DNA of 64,000 nucleotides, taken from assembly GCA_965213675.1 (NCBI GenBank), contig OZ243916.1:1664001-1728000 (forward strand). The letters run 5' to 3'. Under the pieces are notes generated by a model. It searched no databases. It worked only from the letters and a program-made list of their open reading frames with translations, and was not told the origin of the DNA. Shown piece after piece: positions 17,658-26,217 of the stretch. The position numbers were made by a program, and so were the translations under genes. Source of the DNA: an uncultured Candidatus Binatia bacterium (GTDB lineage: Bacteria > Desulfobacterota > Binatia > UBA9968 > JAJDTQ01). Positions within the stretch are counted from its first letter, which is position 1, and each line of letters starts with the position of its first letter.

Positions 17658-18890
17658 TCACTTGAATGCCTGCTCCCGGGTGCCCTTGAGAAAGCGGATG
17701 CCCCACACCATCAGGATGGAGATCACGAAGTTGCCAAAGGCAATCATGAAGGGGATGGTATAGTTGCCGAAAACGTCGTGCAGGTAGCCGCCGAGCCAGA
17801 TCCCCACGGCGCCTCCCACACCGATGCTCATGGTGAAGTAGCCGTAGATGGCTCCGAAGTCGCGCCCGAGAAAGACATCCGCGGAAATGGCGGACAGCAC
17901 CAACGCGCGGGAGCCCTGACCGAGCCCGTAACAGGCGGCGTACGCGTACAGCAGGTACGTATCGGTGGTGTCGCCCGCCGCCACCAGCGCCAGGATCCCC
18001 GCCGACGACACCAATTGCACCAGCGTATAGGTCATCTGGTGGCTCAACACGTCGGTCAGGTATCCGAACAGGACCCGGCCGAAGATACTGAACACCCCCA
18101 TGAGTCCCAGGATGGAGGCGGCGAAGAACGCGTCGTAGCCGATGTCCACCGCGTGGGCCACCTGATGGTTGGTGATGATCTGGTTGCCCATGCTGGCGAA
18201 CACGCGCGACACGAAGAGCAGCCAGAACATGGTGCTGGTCAAGGCCTCCCACACCGTCCACTCCCCGCCCTCGGCCACGGGTCGCGCCTCGTCCTTCCGC
18301 GGCGCCGGTCGATCACGCGGCATGAGCACACCCGAAGGCAGCACCACCAACGCGAACGCCATCACGCCCATGGCCACGTAGGCCATGCGCCAACCCCAGA
18401 TGTCCACGAAGAACTGCGCCACCGGCAACAATGCGGCAATGCCGAGCCCGCCACCGGCCCACGCGAGCCCCATGGCCAAGCCCCGGCGCCGGGTGAACTG
18501 GCGCGCGATGATGGCCACATGGGGAACCATCCCCATGAACCCAAGCCCCAGCGCCGTGACCACACCGACCCAGATGTAGAGTTGCCACAGCGACGTCACC
18601 GTGGCGCTGAAGCCGAGGCCCACGGCGAGCAGGACCCCGCCCAGCACCAGGGTCTTGCGCGAACCCCAGCGGTCCACCAGGGAGCCCGCCACCGGCATGG
18701 AGAACCCTTCCACCAGCACCGAAATGGACAAGGCGGTGGCAGTGACGCCCCGCGACCAGCCGAAGGCCTGGAACAACGCGACATAGAACACCGCGTAGGT
18801 GCCGCGAATGCCGCGATTGAACCCCATGTGCAGAAAGCCCAGGGCAACCTGGCCGACACGCTGTGCCGTGGTGGGAGTTGAATCCTGAAT
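17658..18890 (-). CDS. MFS transporter (OFA/MCT-like); start possibly ATT at 18890, first ATG at 18827
   Basis: GSLVDRWGSRK motif A, 12-TM pattern, FGWSRG and RRRGLAMG. Confidence 0.9.
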   Translation of the reverse strand: MQDSTPTTAQRVGQVALGFLHMGFNRGIRGTYAVFYVALFQAFGWSRGVTATALSISVLVEGFSMPVAGSLVDRWGSRKTLVLGGVLLAVGLGFSATVTSLWQLYIWVGVVTALGLGFMGMVPHVAIIARQFTRRRGLAMGLAWAGGGLGIAALLPVAQFFVDIWGWRMAYVAMGVMAFALVVLPSGVLMPRDRPAPRKDEARPVAEGGEWTVWEALTSTMFWLLFVSRVFASMGNQIITNHQVAHAVDIGYDAFFAASILGLMGVFSIFGRVLFGYLTDVLSHQMTYTLVQLVSSAGILALVAAGDTTDTYLLYAYAACYGLGQGSRALVLSAISADVFLGRDFGAIYGYFTMSIGVGGAVGIWLGGYLHDVFGNYTIPFMIAFGNFVISILMVWGIRFLKGTREQAFK

Positions 18891-19019
18891 GGCCCTCTAC
18901 CTCCCGAGAAAGGAAACTTCCGTCAGTGACAGCCGATCAAGGCAGCGCCGTTCGATTTCGCGCGGCGAAGCGTGTCCCGGGAACCAGCGCCGCAGCAACC
19001 GTGACCGCAGACCTCGCGC

Positions 19020-19040
19020 GGGGCGACCGGCGGTCGCCCC
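19020..19040. repeat. REP-like palindrome GGGGCGACCG-G-CGGTCGCCCC
   Basis: Perfect 10-bp inverted repeat; related copies at 23731, 23772 and 28856. Confidence 0.75.
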
Positions 19041-19095
19041 GTTCGGCACGCACCACGCGAGGCGAAGCAACGCAACCGCGCCATTCCCGCAATGA

Positions 19096-19956
19096 CTACT
19101 TCAGAAATTCGTCCGCCCAGGCGTCGTAGCGGTCCTGCTCCAGGACGAGCTTCATCAACTCGGGGGACGCCGCCCGGTGCTTGAGCCCGGCGGGCGGGTG
19201 TCCGGCGCGCAGGTGCGCGTAGGCATCCTGAAGCGCGCGCACGGCCACCTGAAACGGCATGTGGCCCTGGAGAGCGATGCGCACGCCGTTGGCGGCGAGG
19301 AACTCCCGGTCGTGGAGCTCCGGCGGCGTGGTGCCCAGCACCACCGGAAGGCGCGTCATGGCATGGATGGCGGCAACCTGCTCGCGGGAGCGCACGCCGG
19401 TAAAGAAAACGCCGTCGGCGCCGGCCGCCTCGCACGCTTTCACGCGTTCCGCCAAGGCGTCGACTCCCTGGGTCGGAAGCACGCCGGTGCGCCCGAGGAT
19501 CACCAGTTCCGGGTCCGTGCGCGCCGCAACCGCGGCGCCCACCTTGCCGGCGAACTCCGCCAACGAGATGAACGCGTCGCCTTCCTGCCGGAAGCCCCGT
19601 GGCAGCCGCGTGTCCTCGATGGTCAGCGCGGACACGCCCGCGCCCTCCAACTCCGCCACGGTGCGCATGACGCCCAGGGCGTTGCCGTAGCCGTGGTCCG
19701 CATCCACCATCAACGGCAACCGGCCCGCGCGCGTGATGCGCCGCGCCTGCTCCGCGAACTCGGTCAGGGTCAGAACGACGATATCCGGCGCCGCCAGCAC
19801 CGTGGCCGACGCCGTGGAGCCCGCCAGCATGGCGATTTCGAATCCGGCCGCTTCGGCGAGTCGCACCGATACCGGATCGAAAACGGAAGCCGGGTAGCAG
19901 CACTCACCGCCCTGGAGCAGCGTGCGATACTGCCGGCGGCGTTCAGTAACGATCAC
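19096..19956 (-). CDS. Isocitrate lyase/PEP mutase family protein (oxaloacetate decarboxylase-like)
   Basis: ASVFDPVS, VDADHGYGNALGVMRTV and LTIEDTRLP. Confidence 0.9.
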   Translation of the reverse strand: MIVTERRRQYRTLLQGGECCYPASVFDPVSVRLAEAAGFEIAMLAGSTASATVLAAPDIVVLTLTEFAEQARRITRAGRLPLMVDADHGYGNALGVMRTVAELEGAGVSALTIEDTRLPRGFRQEGDAFISLAEFAGKVGAAVAARTDPELVILGRTGVLPTQGVDALAERVKACEAAGADGVFFTGVRSREQVAAIHAMTRLPVVLGTTPPELHDREFLAANGVRIALQGHMPFQVAVRALQDAYAHLRAGHPPAGLKHRAASPELMKLVLEQDRYDAWADEFLK

Positions 19957-20029
19957 GATGTTCTCCTCGACGCGGCCCTGGCGCTGCCCCCGGCGGCGGA
20001 CCGCACGTCGCGGGTTGTCAGCCTGGCCA

Positions 20030-21016
20030 CTAGTGACTTGGGTCCAATCGCAGGTAGTCGTAGCGGTCGCCGGAGACGACGCTCACCTCTTCGACCCGGA
20101 CTCCTTTGAGGACGTTGAGCGAAACGCTGACTCCGGGGGCGCCCAAGGCCCAGACCTTGCGGTAGAGGTCCGCCAGGCCCTTCACCGGCTCACCGCCCAC
20201 GCCCGCGATGAGTTGCCCGGCCTCAAGGCCTGATCGCGCCGCCGGCCCTCCCTTCGATACACGACGCACCATCACGTGTCCACCCACGGCTTCCATCTGA
20301 GCGCCGAGCCACGGCCGCCGCCGGCTTGCCGAGAACCCCTCGGATGTCAGGTCCGGCAGGATCGCCTTCAACAGATCGATGGGCACGAACATGTTGCCCG
20401 GCACGGGTTGCCCCGGTATCGCCTCCGGCACCTGGAGCGAGCCGATGCCCAGCAGTTGGCCGCTGCGGTCAATCAGGGCGGCGCCGCCGAAGTTGGCGTG
20501 GTGCGGCGCGGTGAAGATCGCGCTGTCCAGCAGGTATTCCCAATAGCCGGCGAACTCCCGGCGCGAGACCACGTAGGCGCCCTGCCCGGACGGACCCTTC
20601 TCCGTATGGCTGAGAATCAACACCTCCGCGCCCTTGTCGAGACTCTCCGAGGAGCCCAGCGGCAGCGGCCGAGCGCCTCCCACCGGAGACAACGCGCGCA
20701 GCAGGCCGAACCCGGTGGCGTGATCGTAACCCACCACCTTGGCCGGCACGGTCCTTCCGGCCGAGTCGGTGAGTTCCACCCGCGAAGCCTCCAGGATCAC
20801 GTAACCGATGGTGAGAACGAGGCCGCCGGCATCAATGACCACGCCGCTGCCCTCGCGCAATGGCCCAAGGGTGCCGGCCGTGCGCGCCTCCGGCGGCACC
20901 TGGGCGCGTACCTTGACCACAGCGTCCAGCGTTTCGGCCGTGAACTCCTGCCCCGGCGCCGCGACGGGCACCGCCAGGCACAGGGCGACAACAAAGGGGA
21001 GAACCCGCTGGCTCAC
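20030..21016 (-). CDS. S1C/HtrA-like trypsin-fold + PDZ protein with degenerate catalytic motifs
   Basis: Signal peptide, REGSGVVID, LTIGYVI, GYDHATGFGLL, NFGGAAL and C-terminal PDZ (RPWLG...GGPAARSGL); GAGGAGG RBS before the GTG. Confidence 0.85.
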   Translation of the reverse strand: MSQRVLPFVVALCLAVPVAAPGQEFTAETLDAVVKVRAQVPPEARTAGTLGPLREGSGVVIDAGGLVLTIGYVILEASRVELTDSAGRTVPAKVVGYDHATGFGLLRALSPVGGARPLPLGSSESLDKGAEVLILSHTEKGPSGQGAYVVSRREFAGYWEYLLDSAIFTAPHHANFGGAALIDRSGQLLGIGSLQVPEAIPGQPVPGNMFVPIDLLKAILPDLTSEGFSASRRRPWLGAQMEAVGGHVMVRRVSKGGPAARSGLEAGQLIAGVGGEPVKGLADLYRKVWALGAPGVSVSLNVLKGVRVEEVSVVSGDRYDYLRLDPSH

Positions 21017-21165
21017 AAGACACCTCCTCAATGCACGACATCGCATGCGCTCCCGGCAACGCTCCGTTGCGGGCGCCATACTGCATCTTACACGCTACTA
21101 CGCACAAGCCGCGCCCCAAGGGCCGGGGAATTTGACACGAAGCGGCGGGGGATGGAGGATGAACC

Positions 21166-22164
21166 ATGCTTCGCATCGGCGCCAGCAGTTGCCTCCTGGG
21201 CCACGAAGTCCGTTACGACGGCGGACACAAGCGGCACCGGAGCGTCACCGGGATGTTGTCGCGCCACTTCGAGATCGTGCCCGTGTGTCCGGAGACCGAA
21301 GTCGGGATGGGGGTGCCGCGGGAGCCCGTCGATCTCATCGGAGACCCGTTGGCGCCGCGCATGATGGGCCAGCGTTCCGGCCGGGACTGGAGCGGGATCA
21401 TGCAGGAATACGGCAGGCGGAGGGCAGCGGAGTTGGAGCGCATCGAGGTGTGTGGGTTCGTATTGAAGAACGGTTCGCCGAGTTGCGGGCCGAGCGAAGT
21501 GCCAGTGCGCCCACGGTGGGGCGACGCGCCCGTGGCGCCCGTGCCACACACGCGAACTTTCGCCCCCGTCCTTCACACGCCGACCGTCGCGGGCACGGCC
21601 AGCGGCCTGTTCGCCCGGGCGCTGGCGGACGCCCTGCCCCTGCTGCCAGTGGAAACGGAGGTGCGCCTGAATGACCCGTCACTGTGCGGAAACTTCATCG
21701 AGCGGGTTCACGCGTACCACGAGTGGCGCGAGTGTGCCGTCGAACGGCCATCCGTGTCACGGCTCAAGGACTTTCACGCGTCCCACAAGTTCACTCTGCT
21801 GGCGCACAGCGAGACGCAATTGCGATTCCTGGGGCGCTTGCTGGCGGAAGCCGGCAACGGCTCCCCAGAGGATTTGGCGAACCTGACGACCCGTTACGGC
21901 CAAGCCTTCATGGAAGCGTTGAAACGGCCTTCCACGCGGGGGACCCATACCAATGCGCTGCAACACCTGGCGGGCATTCTTTCGGTGCGGCTGGACCGCG
22001 ACAGCCGCCAACGGCTTGCGCTCCTGATCCACCACTACCGGCTGGGCAAGGCGCCGCTGTCCGCGCCCGCGGAACTCTTGCGACGTCAAGCAGCCGAACA
22101 TCAGGTCGACTACGTGCTGCGTCAGAGCTTCCTGCGCACCCCGGCGGCGCGGGGTCCACTGTAG
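21166..22164 (+). CDS. DUF523/DUF1722 (YbbK-YbgA, 2-thiouracil desulfurase-like) protein
   Basis: IGASSCLLGHEVRYDGGH, VCPETEVGMGVPRE, SPSCG, FHASHKFTLLAHS and HTNALQHLAG. Confidence 0.92.
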   Translation: MLRIGASSCLLGHEVRYDGGHKRHRSVTGMLSRHFEIVPVCPETEVGMGVPREPVDLIGDPLAPRMMGQRSGRDWSGIMQEYGRRRAAELERIEVCGFVLKNGSPSCGPSEVPVRPRWGDAPVAPVPHTRTFAPVLHTPTVAGTASGLFARALADALPLLPVETEVRLNDPSLCGNFIERVHAYHEWRECAVERPSVSRLKDFHASHKFTLLAHSETQLRFLGRLLAEAGNGSPEDLANLTTRYGQAFMEALKRPSTRGTHTNALQHLAGILSVRLDRDSRQRLALLIHHYRLGKAPLSAPAELLRRQAAEHQVDYVLRQSFLRTPAARGPL

Positions 22165-22236
22165 GCGTGGCATCCGAATCCGCACGCGCGCCTTCGCACC
22201 GGAGTGTGCACGGGCCGCATGGCGACGTCTCCGGCG

Positions 22237-22683
22237 CTACCGGCCAAACAAGTCCCGCAGGACATCCTTGCGGTATTCGAAGATTTTCCGAAGGTCCGGG
22301 CCCACGAGGAATCGTTGGACCCACGCGCCGAAAGGCACCGCGTACTCCACCAGGTCCTCGACGCGAGTGCCCCCTTCCACTTCGTCAAACCGGTGCTCAT
22401 GAACCCAAAGGCGGTAGGGACCGCGCCGCTGCTCGTCCACGAAACGCCGCGGCGGCTCCCAGCAGGTGATCTCCGACTGCCAGCGGATGGGGAAACCACG
22501 CACACGCAGGCGGTAGTCGATCCGCGTCCCTACCCCCATGACCACGGGACCCGGGCTCAGCATCTCGAAGCGCAGCCACGGCGGCGTGATCCGTTCCAGG
22601 TTGGCGGCGTCGGCAAAGAAGGGAAATACTTCGGCGCGCGTCCGCGGCACGCGCAACTCCGAATGCAGGCGAAAGGTGTTCAT
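22237..22683 (-). CDS. SRPBCC family protein
   Basis: FFADAANLERITPPWL, FVDEQRRGPYRLWVHEHRF and IFEYR. Confidence 0.9.
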   Translation of the reverse strand: MNTFRLHSELRVPRTRAEVFPFFADAANLERITPPWLRFEMLSPGPVVMGVGTRIDYRLRVRGFPIRWQSEITCWEPPRRFVDEQRRGPYRLWVHEHRFDEVEGGTRVEDLVEYAVPFGAWVQRFLVGPDLRKIFEYRKDVLRDLFGR

Positions 22684-22696
22684 GGGGGTGCAACGA

Positions 22697-23524
22697 TCAT
22701 GTCGCCCGGTTGGCGAGGATCCCGTGAAGGTACAGGTGCAATTCGGGGAGTTCCGCCGGCGCGTCGGGCGCGACGCGCTTGCCGAACTCGTAGAGGCTGC
22801 CGAACTCCACGGCCTTCAGACCGGTGCGTTCCTCGAGAACGGAGAGGTCATCGAAGCCCGTCACCCATTTCACCTTAAGAGTGTTCTCGAACGCGTCCGT
22901 GGTGGCGGTGATGTCGTCATCGCCCGTTGTGCGGTCGATGATGCTCCGGGCAAAGAAGTCGAAGGCGATCCTGAAGGAACGAATCCCCTCGCGCAAGCGG
23001 TTGAGAAAATCGTAGATCAAGTCCTCCGGCAGGTACATGGTGTTGCCTTCCCAGATGATCAGCATGGGCGCGTCAAGGTCGAACCCCGCCTCCGCGAGTT
23101 TCGCCGACAGGTCCACCTCGAGATAGTTGCACGGGACGCCCGCGCACGGGGTCACGCCGTGAGCTTCCAGCACTTGGCTCTTGAACGCCAGCACCGCGGG
23201 CTGATCGACATCGCAGAAACGCACGCCCTCGCGCTGAGACAAATGCGGCCGCATGTCGAAACCGGAACCCAGAATGACGACCTGCCGCATGCCGCTGCCG
23301 ATCTCGTTGCGAATCACTTCATCGAACAGCGCGGAACGGTAGCGCACCAACTCCAACCCTGCCGGCAGGACCGCAAACACCTGACGCACCTTCGCCCGGA
23401 TATCGTCGTTGACGAACCACTGCGCGTACGGGTCCTTGAACAGCGGATGCTCCCGATCCTTCTCCTGCTCCCGGATTCCCGCGATAAAGAACGCCGTGGC
23501 GCCGACTTCATTGATGTTCGACAT
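22697..23524 (-). CDS. SAM-dependent methyltransferase (LCM/TIGR00027-like)
   Basis: VGATAFFIAGIR, LFKDPYA, QVVILGSGFDMR and IWEGNTMYL. Confidence 0.9.
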   Translation of the reverse strand: MSNINEVGATAFFIAGIREQEKDREHPLFKDPYAQWFVNDDIRAKVRQVFAVLPAGLELVRYRSALFDEVIRNEIGSGMRQVVILGSGFDMRPHLSQREGVRFCDVDQPAVLAFKSQVLEAHGVTPCAGVPCNYLEVDLSAKLAEAGFDLDAPMLIIWEGNTMYLPEDLIYDFLNRLREGIRSFRIAFDFFARSIIDRTTGDDDITATTDAFENTLKVKWVTGFDDLSVLEERTGLKAVEFGSLYEFGKRVAPDAPAELPELHLYLHGILANRAT

Positions 23525-23730
23525 CGATCCAACCTCCCCCGGGCATGGAATGCTTCTGAGCCCTGTCCTTCATCATATCAAGACGGAACGCACAAGATCG
23601 AGGGTTTGCCCCCCTTGGACCCCGATTCCCCAGCAGCAAGTATCGTGTCCCGCAAACAACTGCGATAAGCTGCGCAGGAATCGTGGTTGCGCCGTCAGGA
23701 ATCGTGGTAGTCGGCAAGGCCCGATGACGT

Positions 23731-23797
23731 GTAGGGGCGACCGGCGGGCGCTGTGGCAGGCACCATGCCATGTAGGGGCGACCGGGGGTCGCCCCAC
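23731..23797. repeat. Two GTAG-headed REP-like elements (GTAGGGGCGACCGG...)
   Basis: gtaggggcgaccggcgggcg at 23731 and gtaggggcgaccgggggtcgccccac at 23772. Confidence 0.75.
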
Positions 23798-23919
23798 GTC
23801 GCGGTCGCCACGCGACGAAGAGACCCCGGGTGACGTCACCCAGCCGACGGCAAAACAGCCATGATGGCAGTCATTTGCCGGAAACGACGCCAGGCTACCG
23901 ATCAAGCGCAGGACTACCA

Positions 23920-24423
23920 ATGGTATCGAAGATGTCGTCAACGGACGGGTCGGACGCAACGCCTCCCATGAACCTCGCCTGGACAGGCTGGCTTTTGGAC
24001 AGCTACGCGCTTTGGTTGAAGCGGGAACTCATCGCGCGCGCCGGCTCTTTGAACGAGCAGAGCGTGCGACTCTTTCATGCGCCGTTCGTGGTGGTGTCCC
24101 ACGCGGACGCGGAGGATCCGGTGCTCAACTACGGCAACCGGCAGGCTCTGGACTTGTGGGAGATGACCTGGGCGGAACTGACCGCCACGCCGTCGCGCCT
24201 CACCGCCGAACCGGTGAACCGAAACGAACGCGCGCGGCTGCTGCGGCGCGTGGCGGAGCAAGGCTTCGTTGCCGATTACGAGGGCGTGCGCATCTCGAAA
24301 ACCGGCCGGCGTTTTCAGGTGAAGCGCGCCACCGTGTGGAACGTGCTGGATGAAAACAGGATCAAGCGGGGACAGGCCGCTACCTTCTCGCACTGGGTGC
24401 CGCTTCCCGCGCAGCAGCCGTAA
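23920..24423 (+). CDS. MEKHLA domain-containing protein (start uncertain: 23920, 23932 or 23968)
   Basis: LFHAPFVVVSH, DPVLNYGNRQALDLW, PSRLTAEP, YEGVRISKTGRRF and GQAATF. Confidence 0.9.
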   Translation: MVSKMSSTDGSDATPPMNLAWTGWLLDSYALWLKRELIARAGSLNEQSVRLFHAPFVVVSHADAEDPVLNYGNRQALDLWEMTWAELTATPSRLTAEPVNRNERARLLRRVAEQGFVADYEGVRISKTGRRFQVKRATVWNVLDENRIKRGQAATFSHWVPLPAQQP

Positions 24424-24658
24424 CCTTGTGGATCACTCACCCTGTTCAACACATGAGACGACACACGAGACAACATCCAGCCAGTTCCTCGACCAGCGGT
24501 TTGGGGTCCTCGCCAACCCCGTGGCCATCTTTCGGAAACTGGCCGATAGACTGACTCTCGACGAATCAGACTGGCTCCAGACGAAGAATCACCGGAGAAT
24601 CACAAGAACAGAACAGTCACAGGCATCCCCCGGAAATCGCCGTGCCGCCGCGCCGCGC

Positions 24659-25867
24659 CTACATCGGCGGGCGGCTGTTCTCCCCATATCCCGTCAACTC
24701 CACGTAGCCTTGCCCGACGCGGGCGCCGTCCCTGGAGTCCAGCCGGACGGACCCTTCCCAATAGAACAGGTTCGGGATCAGCGCGCTGCGGTTCTCCTGG
24801 TCGGCGAGCCTGGGCGTGATGACCGCGCGGATTCCAGCGCCGGGAACGTCCAGGGTCCAGCCGGCGGGATAGGGAGCGCCGGTGGCCGGGCTGGTCCAAC
24901 GGCCGGTGGCGTTCAGGCTCCATTCGGCGGGGCGCAGGTAGCGGACGGCGCCGTCGGGTTCGATCAGCGTGGCGCTGGCATGGTGGGTGGCGCCGTCACG
25001 GTTGCGGAGGAAGTAGAGCATGACCTCGCGATTGTCATCGAATTGAAGGCTGAACCAGTCCCAGCCGACGGTGTCCTCCCCGAGCTGGTTGGAGCCGAAT
25101 TCCTTGTCCATCCAACTCGCGCCACGGACGTCCCACTCCTTTCCATCAAGCCGGACGGCGCCGGTGACCGCCATGCGGGTGAAGCTGTAGTAGTGACTGG
25201 CTTCCGTCGCCCCCGCCCCTTTTCGGCTCAGGCCGCCGGGCCCCTGGAACACCAAGGGCTTGAGCGGGCGCGCGGAGAGGGTGAAGCCGAACTCCTCGCC
25301 GGCGTCGGCCATGGCGAAGTCGAAGCCCTTGCCGTTCCAGTGGAGTTGCCAACCGTCGGGCGTTCCGGGCGGGCCAACGCTCCACGCCAGACGCGGGTCG
25401 GGTTGGCGGCCAAACCCGCCCAGCAGCGGCGCCGCGCGCACCACCAACTCGCTGAAGCGATGCCGGCCACTTTGCAGATCCGTCAGCGCCGCGTGCCCCA
25501 TGACGAGGTTGCGGGCAGCCCACGCGGAATCGGACGGCGGTGCGTCCCGGGACACACCGATCCGGAAGAACGTGAATTGAAACCCGAAGCGGCGCACGGG
25601 TTCCGTCACCGTGCGCAAGTGCCCGGTGAAGTACCACCACTCGGTCTTGTAACCTTCACGCGCCCAGTGGTCCCTCGGAAAAGACCACTGGTAATCGGGC
25701 TGGGCCACGGTCCATGCGTGGGCGGCAAGGCTCGCCGACCAAATCACACCGGCCGAGGCCAGGATGAGAACGGCGGCGCCCAGGACCAGCCGTTTCGCTA
25801 CCCTTCCAGGAGTCCTTCGGAGAAGACGTCCGCCGGGTAGTTGGGAGTTCCGGTCCCCATTGGTCAT
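24659..25867 (-). CDS. AttH/CrtC-like lipocalin-domain protein
   Basis: FPRDHW, TEWWYFTGHL, GFQFTFFR, ASHYYS, WMDKEF, GWDWFSLQ, YWEGSV and GYVELTGY. Confidence 0.92.
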   Translation of the reverse strand: MTNGDRNSQLPGGRLLRRTPGRVAKRLVLGAAVLILASAGVIWSASLAAHAWTVAQPDYQWSFPRDHWAREGYKTEWWYFTGHLRTVTEPVRRFGFQFTFFRIGVSRDAPPSDSAWAARNLVMGHAALTDLQSGRHRFSELVVRAAPLLGGFGRQPDPRLAWSVGPPGTPDGWQLHWNGKGFDFAMADAGEEFGFTLSARPLKPLVFQGPGGLSRKGAGATEASHYYSFTRMAVTGAVRLDGKEWDVRGASWMDKEFGSNQLGEDTVGWDWFSLQFDDNREVMLYFLRNRDGATHHASATLIEPDGAVRYLRPAEWSLNATGRWTSPATGAPYPAGWTLDVPGAGIRAVITPRLADQENRSALIPNLFYWEGSVRLDSRDGARVGQGYVELTGYGENSRPPM

Positions 25868-25868
25868 T

Positions 25869-26125
25869 TGAGGTGGTCCCACTTCGTTGGACAGGTGGGC
25901 GGCGAAAACAAGGTGTATTCCGGGTAATCAATCATGCCGCCAGGGTCCTGTTTAGCACGTCTTCCCGTTCCGGTTGAGCCGGCGGAGGGACCGGCGATCG
26001 GAGGGGCTCAGGCCGCATCTCCATCCGCATTCCATGGTCGTAGGCCTCGGCTGGGGTAGAGCCATCGAGGGCGGAGTGAGGCCTTCGGGTGTTGCAGAAC
26101 TCCATCCATCGGGCGGTGACCGCAT
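25869..26125 (-). mobile_element. IS3-family right-end remnant (integrase C-terminus plus terminal IR)
   Basis: RWMEFCNTRRPHSALDGSTPAEAY, followed by the IS3-type end ...CTGTCCAACGAAGTGGGACCACCTCA; the left part of the element is absent. Confidence 0.8.
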
Positions 26126-26217
26126 TCAAGGGCGCGCTTGCGCCCTTCGACATGCTCAGGACTCGCTACGCTCACGACGATCAGGGAAACATACGCCTTG
26201 CCCCGGTGCGGTTTCCC

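Noticed and set aside
24430-24650. Lower-GC stretch between MEKHLA and attH that could be a transposase tail
   Set aside because: No recognisable catalytic motif or terminal repeat pair; too weak to call.
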